This document shows positions 37,758 through 51,729 of a DNA stretch of 64,000 bases, in pieces. The notes under the pieces were generated by a model. That model was not told where the DNA came from. It ran no database searches and saw only the letters and a list, made by a program, of their open reading frames with translations. The stretch comes from Azolla caroliniana. Taxonomy: Eukaryota > Plantae > Polypodiophyta. The number at the start of each line of letters is the position of its first letter. Position 1 is the first letter of the stretch. A program made the position numbers and the translations under genes. Location of the stretch: contig JBHGNT010000013.1 of NCBI GenBank assembly GCA_043228905.1, positions 7,378,001 through 7,442,000 of the forward strand. Direction: 5' to 3'.

Positions 37758-37819
37758 TCTCCTCTTTCCTCCAGCCTACTTGTCGTTCTCCCTCATCCTC
37801 CTACCCTTTTCCATCTACT

Positions 37820-38977
37820 ATGGCTACTGTTAGCGCCCAAGAATATCAATCCGTTTTCTCTGAGTTACAGTGCCTAAAAGAAAAGTTTGTTGCCCTGGGA
37901 CAAGAAAATCAACGACTGATAGGGGATCTGCAACAAATCGCTCTAGAAAAGCAACAAACGCAGCAACAACATGGGGAGTTAGTGTTACGGGTGCAACAAC
38001 TCGAAGCGGCATTGCAACAACAAGGATCAAGTCCCCAAGGATTTCATAAAGAGCCGAAGATTGGACTTCCTGTGAAATTTGATGGAACGCGATCGCAATT
38101 CAGGGGATTCCTTAATCAGGTACGATTAGTCCTCCAAATGCATCCTTCCCGATACCTCACTGATGCATCCCGAGTCGGCTTAATAGGCACGTTGCTTAGC
38201 GGCTCAGCCTTAGCATGGTTCGCTCCGCTTCTAGAAAAACAATCGCCCTTGCTTAATAACTTTGAAGATTTTATTAGTGAGTTCAAAGCCTGCTTTGGAG
38301 ACACCGACAGCATCAGGACGGCGATCAACAAGATCTGGCGATTGCGTCAAGGCGATCGTCCAGCCTCTGCCTACGCGGCGGATTTCCGCCTACTCGCTTC
38401 CGACATACCCTGGGATGATCAAGCACTAATGGAGCAGTTTCGCTATGGCCTGCGAAATGATGTCAAAGATCTACTTCTAACCTTCCCCGAAGAACCAAAG
38501 TCTCTTACGGAGGCAATCAGTCGAGCGGTCCGATGTGACAACTGCCTCTTCGAACGACGTTCGGAACGTCAATTACAGATACCACGCGCTAGGCCGGAGC
38601 CCACTTACGCCGTAGTCGCGGCTAAACCGTTTGCACGAGACATACCTCAAGCAAATACTTCGACACCGATGGAGATCGATACCATGCGTCGACGCGGCCC
38701 GTTATCGGAAGAAGAAAAGCAACGACGACGTGCAAATCGATTATGTCTTTATTGCGGTGGACCAGGGCATATCGCAATCAATTGTCCCCATAGGCCAAGA
38801 AGACAGGCAAATCAAATTGTAGCCTGTACTAAACCCGAGTCAATTCTTCCCTTAGGAGTGTCTGATACTATTAATAGCACTAATAGAGTGTTTGATAGTA
38901 TTCATAATACTAATAGCCCAAGTATCTCAAATAAATTTGAAATCCTTAGTCAATTAGATGAAGAGTTAAACGATTGA
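37820..38977 (+). CDS. T Gag (Ty3/PEG10-like capsid plus CCHC), 385 aa
   Basis: PVKFDG, LRQG, F..GL, PMEID and CLYCGGPGHIAINC motifs; the frame is open. Confidence 0.92.
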   Translation: MATVSAQEYQSVFSELQCLKEKFVALGQENQRLIGDLQQIALEKQQTQQQHGELVLRVQQLEAALQQQGSSPQGFHKEPKIGLPVKFDGTRSQFRGFLNQVRLVLQMHPSRYLTDASRVGLIGTLLSGSALAWFAPLLEKQSPLLNNFEDFISEFKACFGDTDSIRTAINKIWRLRQGDRPASAYAADFRLLASDIPWDDQALMEQFRYGLRNDVKDLLLTFPEEPKSLTEAISRAVRCDNCLFERRSERQLQIPRARPEPTYAVVAAKPFARDIPQANTSTPMEIDTMRRRGPLSEEEKQRRRANRLCLYCGGPGHIAINCPHRPRRQANQIVACTKPESILPLGVSDTINSTNRVFDSIHNTNSPSISNKFEILSQLDEELND

Positions 38978-39019
38978 GTCCAGCCAAAATAGGAGCCGTT
39001 TGGTTGGACAACAACCCTA
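38965..39019 (+). promoter_or_regulatory. -1 ribosomal frameshift signal of T
   Basis: G TTA AAC lies before the gag stop. Stem 38978-38988/38999-39009; loop TAGG can pair with CCTA at 39016-39019. Pol is in the -1 frame. Confidence 0.75.
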
Positions 39020-42000
39020 GACCTGTACAGCCCATTAGTGGTTCCATTCCTTCCAAGCAAGTTAGCAATGCGTTCCTAGCCCAAGTCATTGTTAGTACTA
39101 AAAGTACTCCCCCAGTACCCGTCCTAGCACTTTTAGATTCCGGAACTAATTCATGTTTCATGGATCGAAATTTTGCCCAAGCTTCTCAGATATCCTTAAG
39201 AAAACTTCCTTGTCCCGCATCTGTAGTAGTCATTGATGGTCGTCCCATTGCTTCCGGGAATATTGTAGAAGAATCAGAACCCATTCAAGTTTTCCTAGGT
39301 AGTTTTGTGTGTGTGATATCATTTAATATAATTAGTAGTCCAGAGCATCCCATTGTCCTAGGATTACCTTGGTTTGAATTACATAATCCAGCCATAGATT
39401 GGAGAACAAGAGAAGTCCGATATCGACCACCCCAAGAATCAACTCACCAAGTTTCGACCATTTCACTCCATCAACTACGCGAAGAAGGACCCAAGGAGGC
39501 AATGTTCCTATTTGCAATATCAGTACATCCTTCCAGCACTATTAAGAAGGACTCCTCAGTACAACTTCCAGCAAAATATCATCCTTATGCCGATGTATTT
39601 GACAAGGTAAAAGCCGGTACCCTTCCTCATCACTGTCCCTATGACTGTCCCATCGATTTACAACCAGGAACCGAGCCACCATGGGGACCAATTTAAAACT
39701 TGTCACCCACTGAGTTAGAAGTCCTTCAAGCCTACATAGAGGAGAACTTGGCAAGCGGGTTCATCCGCCATTCGAAATCTCCGGCCGGTGCACCCATCTT
39801 CTTTGTCAAGAAGAAAGATGGCTCACTTCGTCTTGTCGTTGATTACCGCGGATTGAATAAAGTCACCATCCAGAATAGGTATGCACTTCCTCTTATATCA
39901 AGTCTTTTAGAGCGAGTTAATGGTGCCAAGTTTTTTACTAAAATCGACCTACGAGGGGTGTATAACCTCGTGCAAATCCGACCGGGAGATGAGTGGAAGA
40001 CCGCCTTCCGCACGCGGTATGGGCATTTCGAGTATACTGTTATGCCATTTGGCCTAACCAATGCATCCGCAGTCTTCCAACACATGGCAAATGATATATT
40101 CAGAGAACTCTTGGATATCTGTTTGATCATTTATCTGGATGATCTATTGATTTATTCGAAGACCCAGGAAGAGCATGATTCTCATGTACTATTAGTACTA
40201 AAGCGACTCCGCGAGAATGGTCTTTATGCCAAGCTAGAAAAATGTAGCTTTGACTACAAGCAAGTGGAATTTCTAGGCTACGTCATCTCCTCAAAGGGCA
40301 TCGCCATGGATCCAGCTAAAATCCAAACTGTACTAGAGTGGCAAATTCCACGGTCGGTACGAGATGTACAATGTTTTCTAGGTTTTGCTAACTTCTACCG
40401 TAAGTTTATACAGGATTACTTGAAGATTATTTTACCTCTCACACAACTTACGAAGAAGGGCCAAGCATTTCTTTGGTCCATAGAAGCAGATATGGCTTTT
40501 CAGCATCTTAAGAAAGCCTTTACATCAGCACCGATTCTAGCTCATGTGGATACAAGCAAACCATTCATCATGGAGGCCGACGCATCAGATTTCGCCCTCG
40601 GTAGCATCCTTTCTCAACAAGGCGATAAAGAAGAGTTGCATCCGGTGGCTTTCCATTCGCGCAAATTCGATGTCGTAGAAATCAACTACGAAATACATGA
40701 CAAGGAGTTATTAGCCATCGTGGATTCATTTGTACAATGGCGGCATTTCTTAGAGGGCTCTCCACATCAGGTCATTGTCTTTAGCGATCATAAAAATCTT
40801 GCTTATTTTCAGAACGCTCGCGTACTAAATCGACGGCAAGCTCGGTGGGCGCAATTCCTCACGCGTTTCGACTTCAAAATCACATATCGACTGGGGAAGC
40901 AGCAAGGAAAAGCAGATGCACTATCACGGTGTTCATATCTTGCACCTCGTCCTGGTGACGCAACATTTGATAATCAAAAGCAAGTAATCTTGGGACCAAC
41001 ACGATTGCACACGACGCGGATTTTTCACACCCCGATGGATTCACGGATTACCGATGACATACGTGCAACCTTGAAGACGGATAGTTTTGCTCAAGACATC
41101 CTGTTCTCAGTCTCAACAACCAAGTATTGACTACCGACAATTCGAATATCATGATGGTTTGTTATTCTTTAAAAAGCGCGTATATGTCCCCGATTGCTCC
41201 TGTCTCCTTCAAATCGTCCAACATTGTCACGACACCCATACGGCGGGACATTTCGGTAGTACTAAGACGTTGGAGCTAGTGCAGCGATCTTTTTGGTGGC
41301 CCCACATGCGCTGTTTTGTCGACGACTACGTTCGGACCTGTGATGCTTGCTGCCGAGCAAAGATGCCACGACACCATCCATATGGCTTGTTGGAACCCTT
41401 ACCGATTCCAAGTAAGCCATGGCAGTCTATTTGTCTTGATTTTATCACAGATCTGCCAGTCTCGAAGGGGTTCGATCCTATCCTAACCGTTGTCGATCGA
41501 TATACGAAGATGGCACATTTTGTGCCATGTACTAAAGCCATCACTAGCGAGGAAACCGCCGCTCTTGTTATGCGTGAGGTATTTCGGCATCATGGCCTCC
41601 TAGACAATATTATAAGTGACCGAGGCCCGCAATTTGTCTCCAAATTTTGGCAGCATCTCTTCAAGATGCTCAAGGTCTCCTACAACCTCTCCTCCAGCTA
41701 CCATCCTCAGACCGACGGGCAGGTGGAACGAACAAACCAAACGCTGGAGCAATATCTCCGGTGTTTCCTGAGTTATCAATAGGACGATTGGGCCGAGATT
41801 CTCCACTTTGCGGAGTTTGTGTATAATAATGCTATTCACTCCTCGACTCGGGTCTCCCCATTTTTCGCTTATACCGGTTTCCATCCTCGCTGGTCGGTGA
41901 TCGACACTCCGGAGCTACCTACCAACCCTCGTGCCGAGGATCATTTGGAGAGGCTACGCAAGATCCAGATGGATCTCTCTACTCACCTTCGCCATGCTCA

Positions 42001-42517
42001 ACACACACAGAAGACTTATGCGGATCGTCATCGGATTCCCTCCTCTTTTGCCATCGGAGATCGAGTATGGCTCTTACGTCGTCACATCAAGACTACTCGA
42101 CCGTGCGACAAGTTGGATTATGGACGACTCGGTCCTTTCCGTATTACGGGTAATATTAATGATGTCACCTTCCGCCTTGATCTCCCTCCGCAGCTTCAGA
42201 TACATCCGGTTTTCCATTGTTCTCTTCTTGAACCTTATAAAGCAAACACCATTCCCGATCGTGTGACACCACCGCCGCCCCCGCTAGAGTTGGACGCCAG
42301 CCTGGAGTATGAAGTTGATGCCATCCTCGATTCCAAACTTGTTCGCAACAAACTTTATTACTTGGTCGATTGGCTCGGTTATAGTCCGAGCGAACGTACT
42401 TGGGAACCAATCGAGCATGTTGCCAATGCACAAGATCTTCTTGCTGATTTCCACCGAAAGTATCCGGACAAACCCGGTCCGCAATTAGCGCCGACTCGTT
42501 CCACTCATCGTCTTTAA
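38974..42517 (+). pseudogene. T pol: protease, RT, RNase H, integrase, chromodomain (2 stops, 1 frameshift)
   Basis: LLDSG; YLDD; ADASD; GHFG..C..C; SDRG; HPQTDGQ; YEVDAILD..YLVDW.GY...TWEP. Confidence 0.94.
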
Positions 42518-43272
42518 GGGGGAGATAGTGTCATGATATGGCAAGACTCGAACCCATGACCTTATGCTACATGGGTCGAGCTCTTACCATTAGACTATGA
42601 ATTGTAATTTGTAGGATATTATTTTCATTTATGCTTTATCATAGAAAATTGATGTATATTCCAGATCTCTCTGGAACATTCTAGAAGCTTCAGGATTATT
42701 CCTAAAAACACTATAAAAGGAGGCACAAGGCATTGTTTTGAACCAAATTGGTTCAACACCAGTCTTAAGCCTCTTAGCCGATTTGTACTTATCTTTTTCA
42801 TATAATATAAGAGCTGTTGTCATCATCCTATCTCTCTCTCTCCTCTTCTCACTTCCTCTCTCTCGGGAATCTTACGCAGTCCCGTCCTCTTAGTACTAAT
42901 AGTACTACTCTTCTTAGTACTAATTCCATCTCTGCTTTAGTACTATTCCTGACACAAGTCGGCTAAGGTGAAATCCTAGGTAGCACGCATTCATTAGGAG
43001 AAAATCGAGGCGTATCCCTGTCCGAAAGGACAGGGAATAAACATGATGTAATGGGTAGTAACGACCTCCCTCCTTGGGCTATAAAAGAGAGGGAGAGGTA
43101 ATGTTCACCATATATATCGCGTTTTTGTGGGGGACGAAGTGTTGCCAGACTGGAACCGAGCTCTTCTCCTCTGTCTTCTCCATAGTCGTTTTGTGCAGGT
43201 TTCGGGAGGCTGACTCTGCTCCGCGTTTAACCTCGTGGAGGATAGGCGACTGGCCGGATTCCCTCGGGTGGC

Positions 43273-43711
43273 ATCCTTCCCACCGATCCGGCCTATCGCG
43301 CTGACGACTGCTTCAATTAGCCCTATCGAGGGCGCCTATGCCTTTCGGCACACTAACTATCCGATCCACAGCCGAAGCCATGGCTTCTACAAGATCCGAC
43401 CCTCTTATCTTTCTATTCCTCTGCCGCCTGTTCATGTCGGGTTCACCAAATATGTCGTGTTGTTACGCGCGTGCATGGAGAACGAGGCAGGACCATGGGG
43501 GCCTTGGACTGAGAAATAACCGAATGCGAAGAGGGGAAGGAAACTACCAATGTACTCCGCACGCGCACAGACACACAGATTCACAGGAGTTGCAACTAAC
43601 TCCGAACAATGGAGACAGACTGAATGCATGCATATATTTATCAACGGGTTACAACCGGCAAGCCGGCGAGTGATAGGTTCTGACGCCTGCACACACACAC
43701 ACACACAAAAA
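43273..43711 (-). other. Inverted segment of B2 (LTR 3' part, tRNA-Trp PBS and gag start) bracketed by a 50-bp direct repeat
   Basis: 43453-43711 is the reverse complement of the distal part of the 3' LTR. The repeats lie at 43223-43272 and 43712-43761. Confidence 0.88.
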
Positions 43712-46700
43712 GCGTTTAACCTCGTGGAGGACAGGCGACTGGCCGGATTCCCTCGGGTGGCGATGCCGGGCATCCACGCGAAGGTGCTTGAGGTACGGGT
43801 TGAGAGTCGGACCTGGGAAGAATTTGAAGGTCGGATCCTTGAAAAATACGGGCTTGATGACGTGCTTTGGCTATCTAAGCGGGACTTCATGGAATGGGTA
43901 GAGACCCCCAAGAAGGGGAGAAACGCGTTGGTGCTCCTTCGGGAATTTTAAGAACGCTTCGCGCATCTTTCGGCGTTGGACTGGACCGTACTAGACACAA
44001 GTCGTGTCCTATTGTTCGTTAAATCGTTGGACGTAAGGGACCGGGAGAAAGTGGGCTTCCTATTGGAGACCGATGACGACCTAACAACCAACTGGGCCGT
44101 GGTAAAGAGAGTCTGCGGCCATTTTGACAATTGGCGTGAGTGGGTCGACGGGGGCGGGTTCTGCTGCGACAAGGAAGGTCGAGGTACCCCCACCGGTGCG
44201 AAGGGAAGAGACCCAAGACTGGCTCGAGACCGGCTCGACTTCGACCAGCATGGTCAAAGGCTCGTCCAAAGGACCGGCTCTGGAGGAGCTGATTTAGATG
44301 GTGAGGGACCTCCAGATTGCACAAGCACGGAGGGACGGCGGAGAACAAGTCTTTGACCAAAGGCCTTCGGGTGGGAACCGGTGCTTGTGGTGCGACGCGG
44401 TCGGCCACGCCCAAAAGGACTATGGGGACCTCGCCAAAGCGATGAGAGCTAACGTGGTGTACCTGTGGAACGGACGGGTGCACGCTAGCGAGACCCGAAG
44501 GGCCCTGGATGTGAATGTCGGACGAGGGGGTATGAAACGGCTGATGGAAGAAGCGGTGGCTCGCCACGCAGAGACCATCCACTACTCGGCGTCGGTTGGA
44601 ATCCAGGTCGGAAGTGATGAAGTCTGGAAGACGAAAGAAGCCGGATTCTGGCCCATGATGCTGGAAGGCCTCACCAGTGTACGGTTGAGGAAAGAGGAAG
44701 CGGACCACGCGGAAAGACGGGTCTGGGAGGCAACTAGGTGGAGTGACCCGGTCGAAGAGAAGGCGGGCTTCGTTGAAGCCGCTTGCCAAAACTACGAGGC
44801 TCTGGTGTAGGACAAGCATGCGGGGAAGGCCGGAGGGGCCAGACCCTCACAACGGTATGAGACCCGGTTCGGGCAACATCAGAATGATGCCGGTACGACC
44901 GGCGCACGGGATAAAGCCAAGAGGGCCCGATACCGATTGAGCACGGAGATCGAGAGGACCACGGACCTGCGAAAGGTCCTCGAGGAGCGTATCCTCGACA
45001 ACAAAGTGGAGCTATCACTGAGGGAAGTGCTTGAAATCGCCAAGAGGGAGTTCCACGACTCCATCGTGGACTTGGTGAAGCGGAAAAGGCTTTTGACAGA
45101 GCCGGAGCCGGAGAGGCCGGTGGAGGTGCGAACGACGCACCTAGAAGACATGGCTCTAGAAGACGAATTGGCGGAGAGCTATTATTCAAGGCCACATTGG
45201 GCCAGAGCAACCACGGAGACCCCCGTTAAGATCGGAGATGTTCAGGAGCCGGTGGTGGCGGTGGTGGCGTTGGTGGCGTTGGTGGACCATGGTTCAGAAA
45301 TTATCTTGATGTCCATGGACTTCTACAAGAAGGGAAAGTGGCTGATCAACACCAAGCACGGGTGGAAAATACGGGCAGCAATGAGCGCCACGGAAGAGCT
45401 GCATGGAGCCTGCCCGAATGTACGAGTGAAAATCAGCAATGTCGAGATCGATCAACACTTCTTCGTGCAGGAGACGTCCTCGCATCCGGTTATACTCGGG
45501 GAACCGTACAACACGGCGGCATGGATGGAGATAAAGGTGTTGGACAACAGTTCGGCATATGCACGAGTCAAGAGCCAGGACAGGCATCACTCGGTCCAGT
45601 TCCTGATGGTGTGACCGAACCATGAGCGTAACCGCGAGACCCTCGGTGGCGAAAACTGAGGGGATTTTTAGAGAGGGCTATCAAGGCGTGGGGTCGTGAT
45701 AGTCCGGACACCCCGGAAAAACCCCACAGATGTACTATAGGCAAAAAGACTTGTACCATAGGTAGGAAATTTTGGTTCTCCGATGGCGGAGGTTGTACGA
45801 TAACGGACGTAGTTGGCCGGGAAAAGAAGCGGGCGGAGGAGTGACTTTGGGCATGCAGAGTCCTTGGCCCTGAAGAGGAAATCAACGGAGCCGTGGAGGC
45901 GGTCTCTTTCGACAACACCTTGGGGAAGTTACGGAAGGTGTTCGGAAAAGGCCTTAATGAGGACTAGACGATTCCAGTGTGTTTAGAAAGGATGTACGAA
46001 GTCATCGCCAACTTCGGTAATGGACTCGAGTTGGATCGGACGGCCCGAGTGGATACGAAGCACACGAATGTGGACCGAAAGGTGAGCGAGTTACGGATAA
46101 AGGGGTCGCGTCGGACCCAAGTTTACGAGATCCGGCCAGCATAGGACACACATTCACCAACATAACGCTACAGGAGCTCAAGATCGGTGGGGGTGGCTTT
46201 CTAATGCCGGCGGAAGAAGACCGGTTTCAGAGAATGCTCGGGAGGCACGGGAAGGCTTTCGCATTCTCACCGGACTAGATCGGGTGCGTAGACCCGACAG
46301 TTGTGGAACCAATGGTGATCTTCACGGTACCGCATGTGCCATGGAATCTCAAACCGATTCCGGTACCCAGAGCTCACATCCCGAAGTTGATGGAGCTGCT
46401 GTAACAGAAGGTGGAGATGGGCATCCTCAAACCGTTGAGTGCCCCATATTTGAATCGGTGGTTTACCGTGCCAAAGAAGAACGGCACACTGCGCTTCATA
46501 CAGGACCTGCAGCCGGTCAACAAGGTGACCATTTGAAACACAGGTATCAGACCGACCATTGATGAGTTCACGGAGGCCTTCGCAGGGAGGTCGATCTACT
46601 CGGTCAGGGATCTGTACTCAGGGTACAATCAGTTCCAACTAGCCGTAGAGAGCAGGGATGTCATGACGATGCATACTCCTCTCGGCCTAGTTTGGATGTG

Positions 46701-48982
46701 TACCCTACCGCAAAGGGGGACGAACTCGGTGGTGCACATGGTGAATAAGATGAATAAGGTGTTGAGGGACTGCATCCTGGACATCACCATGTCGTTTCTG
46801 GATGACATCCCGATTAGAGGATGTCCGGTGGAGGACAAGGACGAGTCGGTTGGGCCCGATGGTTGCCGGAAGTTCATGACAGATCACATCTGTGACTACG
46901 AGAAGGTGCTACAAAGACTCGAGAACGCGCGGCTCACCTTCTCCGGAGGTTTGGAGATTCCTGGGAGCATGTGCATTCTACCATATCTGGATCCCGCATT
47001 ACGCCCACGTTGTGGAGCCACTCTGGATTGCTGAAGAAAGGGCGTAAATTCGAGTGGAGAGACGAGCATACAGAGTCAGTCCGGAAGATGAAAGAAGCAC
47101 TTGTCGCGGCTCCGGCGCTCCGAAAGGCTGTCTACGACAAAGACACTCCGATTTACGTGACCGTAGACACGAGTCCGACCAGGATCGGATGGGTGATCAA
47201 CCAAGAGGATGACGATGGTGCAAAGTTCCCCATCCGATTCGGCGCGAAAGTCCTCAGTGAGTGATAGCGAGGATATGCGCAGGTTAAACGCGAACTCTGG
47301 GGTATCGTTTCGGCGGTCAAGGCCGATAAAGACTACCTGATCGGGACAAAGGTGATAATCGAGATGGACTGCTTGCCGATTCTTGGCATGCTTTCCGGAT
47401 GCGCGACGCCAGACCTGGCAACGCTCAGGTGGATAGCGTACATCGAGTCCCTGAATCCAGAAATACGACACATTTCCGGAAAGGACAATGTCATGGCCGA
47501 CATGCTTTCAAGAGCGAGGTTCGATGATGAGAACGGCATGGTTTCGAAGGACGAGGAAGTCGGCGTGGACTTCTTTGAGGTGGCTTACGTAACAACAAGA
47601 AAGGGGAGCACTCCGGCGCTTAACGAATTCGACGCGAGCAAGTACGACGGGGAGTGGCTCCATATCAGCGGGTCCCTGAAGACAATGACACCAGACGCAG
47701 CGTGGACGAAGGAAGAGACCAACCGGATTCGGTAGAAAGCGTACTGATTCTTCCTATGGGACGGGAGCACCCAAAGAAGAGAAACGGTATCCCGCTCTGA
47801 GTGGTGGTAAAGAAAGAGGAACAGGAAGAATTGTTGAAGGCATACCACGAGAGTCCCTGGGCCGGACACCGCGGGACATGGGCCACATTCGAGAAGCTAA
47901 AGGGGAAGTACTGGTGGCCGGAACTATACCAGGACGTGCAACGGTTCATGACGACTTGCGAAAGCTGTCAGGTGCACTCCATAGTCCGACATCAGGACGA
48001 GCTTCACCCGACCTACCCTCCGACCATCCACGTTAAGTGGATGGTGGATCTGGTGACGATGCCGATGGGGGTAGGGCAGATGTGGTATCTGGTGCTGGCT
48101 CGGAAGGACCTGACAAACCAGGTGGAAGGCCGAGTGTTGCAGAACAAAACGACCGCGGCCGTGTTCCGATTTCTGATCGAAGAAGTGGTATGCCGGTACG
48201 GGTACGTAGGTAAGATCGTGGCCGACCGCGGAGAATTGGACGCACACGAGGCGGAAGAGTTGTTTGACCGGCTAGGGGTTAAACTCTCGCTCACCACAAC
48301 GTACAATCCGGAGGCTAGCGGGAAGGTGGAATGCGGACACGGGCTGATCGTCAAAGCGTTAGTACGGGCGTGTGGAGGCCAAGTAGGGAACTGGCCACGA
48401 CTCTTACCCTATGCGTTGTGGGCGGACCAAACTACGCATAGTTCGGTAACCGGGTTCATGCCGGCAAAGCTAATGTATAGGCAGAAGCCGATCATGCCAA
48501 CGGAGTAGACAATCTACTCATGGGCCACAGGGGACTGGAAAGATGAGATGAGTCGGGAGGAGCTGTTAGCGGCACGGATTCGGCAGCTGGAGCGAAGACC
48601 GGAGGACGTGGACCAAGCCGCGGAGAAGCTACGGGTGGCGAGGGTAAAGAACAAAGGATGGTTCGACCGAACTCACCGATTGAGACCGAAGAAGATCGAG
48701 GAAGGTGAGTGGGTTCTAGTGTATGATAGCAGCCTCGACAACTAGCATAGGGCAATGCGGAAGTTTGCAAGAAGGTGGTTCGGGCCTTATGTCGTGACAA
48801 GCGCCAACAATAGTGGGATCTACCATCTCGCGGATCTCGATGGGACAAGGATGGCAGTACCGGTGGCGGGGAAAAGGATGAAAGCATTCAAAAAGCAGCA
48901 CGAGGCTGAACCGAACCCGGACGACCTGGATGGCGACAACGACCGGCTCAGAACGGATGTCGATCTGGAAGACGAAGGATAA
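43712..48982 (+). pseudogene. B2 gag-PR-RT-RH-INT remnants
   Basis: CLWCDAVGH knuckle, LVDHGS, FLDD, VTVDTS, GHRG and ADRG; collinear with A. Confidence 0.92.
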
Positions 48983-49727
48983 GCGTGGGCCGGTCTTCTC
49001 CAGCAAGAGTCTAATTTTGGCGCATACCGGTGGATGCGTGGTTAGGTGGGGGCGGATGTCATGGAGAAAACCGTCCCTAGGCAGAAACCGTGTATAACGT
49101 GCGTAAACCGGCCCTTACATGTGGGCACAAGTTTTGTTGTATAGTACGTAGATAGGTACAAGTCGGCTGAGGTGAAATCCTAGGTAGCACGCATTCATTA
49201 GGAGAAAATCGAGGCGTATCCCTATCCGAAAGGACAGGAAATAAACATGATGTAACGGGTAGTAACGGCCTCCCTCCTTGGGCTATAAAAGAGAGGGAGA
49301 GGTAATGTTCACCATATATATCGCGTTTTTGTGGAGGACGAAGTGCTGCTGGACTGGAACCAAGCTCTTCTCCTCTGTCTTCTCCATAGTCGTTCTGTGC
49401 AGGTTTCGGGAGGCTCGCTCTGCTCCAGAGAACGCTCGAGTGCTTCTGGTAGAGTCTCCATCTCGCGTTTTGTGTGTGTGTGTGTGTGCAGGCGTTGAAG
49501 CCTATCACTCGCCGGCTTGCCGGTTGTAACCCCTTGATATATATACATGCATACATTCATTCTGTCTCCATTGTTCGGAGTTAGTTGCAACTCCTACGAA
49601 TCTGTGTGTCTGTGCGCGTGCGGAGTACATTGGTAGTTTCTTTCCCCTCTTCTCATTCAGTTATTTCTCGGTCCAAGGCCCCCGTGGTCCCGCCTCATTC
49701 TACACACACGCGCGTAACAACACGACA

Positions 49728-51371
49728 CTGTCTTTGCTGAAAACACATTTCGCCGGATTTTGGCTTAGTCGGTATCCTCGGCACTTCACCAAACACATCC
49801 GGAGATGGTCCATATGTTCTTCCTTCCGGCTATAGACTGCAAAATCATCCAAAAAGACATGCATAAATGCCGGAATGTATTCTTCGAATATTTCCATGAT
49901 AATCCTCTCGAACGTTGTTGGTGTCGTCTTAAATCCGAACATCATGACTACTACGACGAACACTCCCCACTCCATGATGAACGTCGTCTTTTCCTGGTTC
50001 ACCAAATGCATCCGTATTTGATTATAACCACTAAATCCGTCCAAGAAACTACATACTTCGTGACCGGCTACTGCATCTAACACCCCATCCGTGAATGGTA
50101 GCGAAAACGCATCCATCACCATGGCGGCATTCAACTTCTTGTAGTTAACACAAACCCGAATCTTTCCATTTTTCTTTGGTACGATAACTATCGGACTTAG
50201 CCATGTCGCTTGTTTCACCGGTGCGTGACATACGGTGTGATGACTTCTACTACTTCTACTTCAAATAACGACACAATCTTGGGGTGCTCCTCTAGATATT
50301 GGTCAACTTCGTCATTTGACAATCCGTCCAACATGTTAATCCTCTCCGCGTATAGCAGCGTTATCTGCTTCGTTGTACCCACCCGTTGTTGTATCGACAC
50401 CCGCACTTTATTTAGTTTTTCCTCTCCGGAAGGTAATGACGTTTTTCTGCCAATTTTGCTTAATATGTGTCGTACGCAGTCATGGTCTTCCTAATAACAG
50501 CGGATATGCCCCCGACGCGTTAAGTTGCAAGAACACCGTGGAGATCTGGAATGCGTGCCCTTCGATTGTTATATCTAGGTTCTGGATGAGTCTGGTTGGC
50601 TGGACGGAACTGGTATCCACCATTCGCAACTAGAATGGGCATTGTTCCCATTCTCTAATGCCCAGAGTATCGCATGTCCATTGGCTGATTACGTTCACTC
50701 CGGAGGCTTCGTCCACAATCGTTCCGGGTATCTCACTCCCTTTGATAATTACTGTAACTGCCGAATTGCTTGTGTCTACTATGGCCGGTCCTTCCTCCGG
50801 ATTGGAGAAAAATGTTGGTGCCATCTCCGGGTTTTGTGATGTCAACGTTGATTTCAGACCGTCCGTAAATCGAGGAATTAACTGCAGTAGGCAACCTAGT
50901 GGCAACATGATCTGACATTCTTGTAACGCTTGCCACATGGGGTCGTTGTCTTTCCTCCCGAGTGATTCTTCCGGAGGCTTGAGCTATTCTTGTACTTCGG
51001 CCGCATTCCGTTCATTTGCTTTTTGTATCCATTCTGTGGCCTGCTTCTTGATGGCCTCCTAAATTTCTCACTCCCCGGCTTTTCCTTTAGATCTTGTGGT
51101 GACTTGTTGGACATCAGTAACTTCTACGGTCACCATGCTTACCGTTGGTTGCTTATCATTGGACTTGACTAGGCACTGGCTACTATAATGACCTTCCTTC
51201 CAACAATAGTAGCAACACACCTTCCGGATGTTACTTGATTCTCCTTTTTCTATATTTCTTGGTTGAATACCATAAGTCATCTGGTTATTATCTTCCATTC
51301 TCCGTTGCTCTGGTTGTGCAACAGTCGTATTTGTATCCGGCTCCCGGCGGTACTCTCTGCCCGGTTCTTGA
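49728..51371 (-). pseudogene. G gag C-terminus, protease and RT N-terminus
   Basis: CYYCWKEGHYSSQC, IVDEASG, FLDGFSGY and FLDD. Confidence 0.9.
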
Positions 51372-51729
51372 TGTTGGCCGGTCAGAAGAGCAAGGACAAG
51401 TGGGAAGGCGGAGTCAGATCGGATAATAGGAAGTAAATAATAGTAGAATTATTATTCGGAGGGACGGATCCGATACAGTTGTACCGATCCGGATCCGGAC
51501 CGATTCGGATGTCGGTTGCCTAAGCGCACCGATTGTAACCTTGCCGGGTGCCTATAAAAGGATCCGATGATTTGTAAAGGGTTTGACGGAAGTAATACAA
51601 AAGTAATTATTGTGTGTTTATCTGTATCTTCGTATTGTTTACCGTCTGTGCTTAATTGTAATCATCTTACGCGTGTAACCTAGCATCCAATCCTTACCAC
51701 CCCTTTGGAGAAGTGTCGGATAGACACAT

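Larger units (their letters stand above)
37318..42954 (+). mobile_element. Chromovirus T (Tcn1/Tf1-sushi-like Gypsy), young insertion
   Basis: 426-bp LTRs 37318-37743 and 42529-42954 with 2 visible differences; perfect TSD CAAGT; PPT AAGGGGGAGA; C-terminal chromodomain. Confidence 0.96.
37206..49727 (+). mobile_element. Gypsy B2 (family A/B), full-length but degenerate, 5' end rearranged
   Basis: The 5' LTR from 37206 is interrupted by T and partly inverted. 3' LTR 49057-49727; PPT GGTTAGGTGGGGGCGGA; 4-bp TSD CCGT/CTGT. Confidence 0.92.
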
